From assembly GCA_031316235.1 (NCBI GenBank), contig JALDRA010000001.1, forward strand, positions 3,390,001 to 3,422,000: a DNA stretch of 32,000 nt, in the 5' to 3' direction. The notes below the pieces were generated by a model. That model was not told where the DNA came from. It saw only the letters and a program-made list of their open reading frames with translations, and ran no database searches. Below, in pieces: positions 31,329 through 32,000 of this stretch. This DNA is from Candidatus Scalindua sp. (GTDB lineage Bacteria; Planctomycetota; Brocadiia; Brocadiales; Scalinduaceae). Both the position numbers and the translations under genes were made by a program. Every line of letters begins with the position of its first letter. Position 1 is the stretch's first letter.

Positions 31329-31880
31329 ATGATACAGGAAATGGGAGATAAAGGGTTTGATGCAGGGTGTTCCGGGTCACATGGCGGGCATGTTGTGAAA
31401 AAGACAATAAGCCGAAGGAGATTTTTTTATCTCGTTGGTTGGGGTTTTATAGCCGCGTTTATGATGGGGGTTAGTGGGGCTATTATACGCTTTTTTTTCC
31501 CACGTGTTTTATTTGAGCCTCCGACAAGATACAAGTTAGGCTTTCCGTCAGAATATACCCTGGGTGTTAGTGAGAAATTTAAGAAACAATTCAGGGTGTG
31601 GGTAGTTCGTGAAGCAGACAGGATTTATGTTATTGAGGCGAAATGCACACACCTGGGCTGTACTCCAAACTGGTTGTCAACAGAGAAAAAGTTCAAGTGT
31701 CCTTGTCATGGAAGCGGCTTTACTCCAGATGGGATAAATATCGAAGGTCCTGCACCGAGACCATTAGAGAGGTTTCAGGTTTCAGTCGGTGAAAGCGGGC
31801 AGTTGGAGGTGGATGAGGGTATACGGTTCCGTGGTGAAAAGGGTGAATGGAATAAGCCGGGTGCTTTCGTCCCGGTATAG
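31329..31880 (+). CDS. Rieske [2Fe-2S] subunit of a cytochrome bc-type complex
   Basis: Twin-arginine-like SRRRFF followed by a TM helix, then CTHLGC ... CPCHGS Rieske boxes. The start is uncertain: ATG at 31329 or TTG at 31314. Confidence 0.88.
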   Translation: MIQEMGDKGFDAGCSGSHGGHVVKKTISRRRFFYLVGWGFIAAFMMGVSGAIIRFFFPRVLFEPPTRYKLGFPSEYTLGVSEKFKKQFRVWVVREADRIYVIEAKCTHLGCTPNWLSTEKKFKCPCHGSGFTPDGINIEGPAPRPLERFQVSVGESGQLEVDEGIRFRGEKGEWNKPGAFVPV

Positions 31881-32000
31881 TTGTAGAATGGTTGTTTTTT
31901 GTCTATATTGATGGTGCTTGACTGATTAAATCTTGTACGGGTGTGAACACCGCATACGTTGGAATGTGGATTTTGCCTGAAATGAAGCTCTGGTTGAAAG

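Noticed and set aside
31983-32000. Start of a cytochrome b gene (ATG AAG CTC TGG TTG AAA..).
   Set aside because: Only six codons fall inside the window. It is plausible from context but cannot be supported as a feature.

Overview
This is a 32-kb chromosomal segment made mostly of housekeeping genes: ndk, proS, a futalosine-pathway radical SAM gene, ridA, dprA, aroB, folC, an M50 site-2 protease, mnmA, an alanine/Na+ symporter and pyk. These are interleaved with respiratory genes: three small monohaem c-type cytochromes, a beta-barrel protein carrying an N-terminal CxxCH, and a cupredoxin-like protein followed by a Rieske subunit at the 3' edge. The cytochrome-rich content, futalosine pathway and A+T-rich composition resemble Planctomycetota of the anammox (Brocadiales) type, but this is inference only and I cannot confirm it. 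I saw no rRNA, tRNA or CRISPR. Two layers are not explained by ordinary genes. (1) Seven copies (five full-length, one cut by the window edge, one end fragment) of a roughly 112-nt hairpin-rich MITE-like repeat with 2-bp flanking duplications. It also occurs as a roughly 165-nt long form with an internal 2 x 27-nt tandem, and it fills or dominates many intergenic regions. It comes in two structural subtypes and supplies the stop codon of ndk. (2) An island at about 18.75-22.45 kb that looks more A+T-rich and reads as a decayed chromosomal integron. It has a 3' remnant of an IntI-type tyrosine recombinase (minus strand, in-frame TGA, truncated at a perfect 22-bp palindrome). This is followed by plus-strand cassettes bounded by attC-like sites with the R''-spacer-L''(extrahelical base)-loop-L'-spacer-R' layout. 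In these, the R'' 7-mer of each site is the reverse complement of the GTTNNNN at the start of its own cassette (7/7, 7/7, 6/7, 6/7). The cargo is a BrnT-type toxin/antitoxin pair, a truncated DUF262 gene, an intact EEP-family nuclease, a nuclease-fold gene killed by two in-frame stops, and a hydrolase fragment. Smaller oddities are listed under findings: a roughly 125-aa insertion in the symporter, a radical SAM/SPASM enzyme with a duplicated C-terminal module, further small repeat families and repeat-rich intergenic regions. All calls come from reading the sequence and recalling protein families. No searches or folding programs were run.
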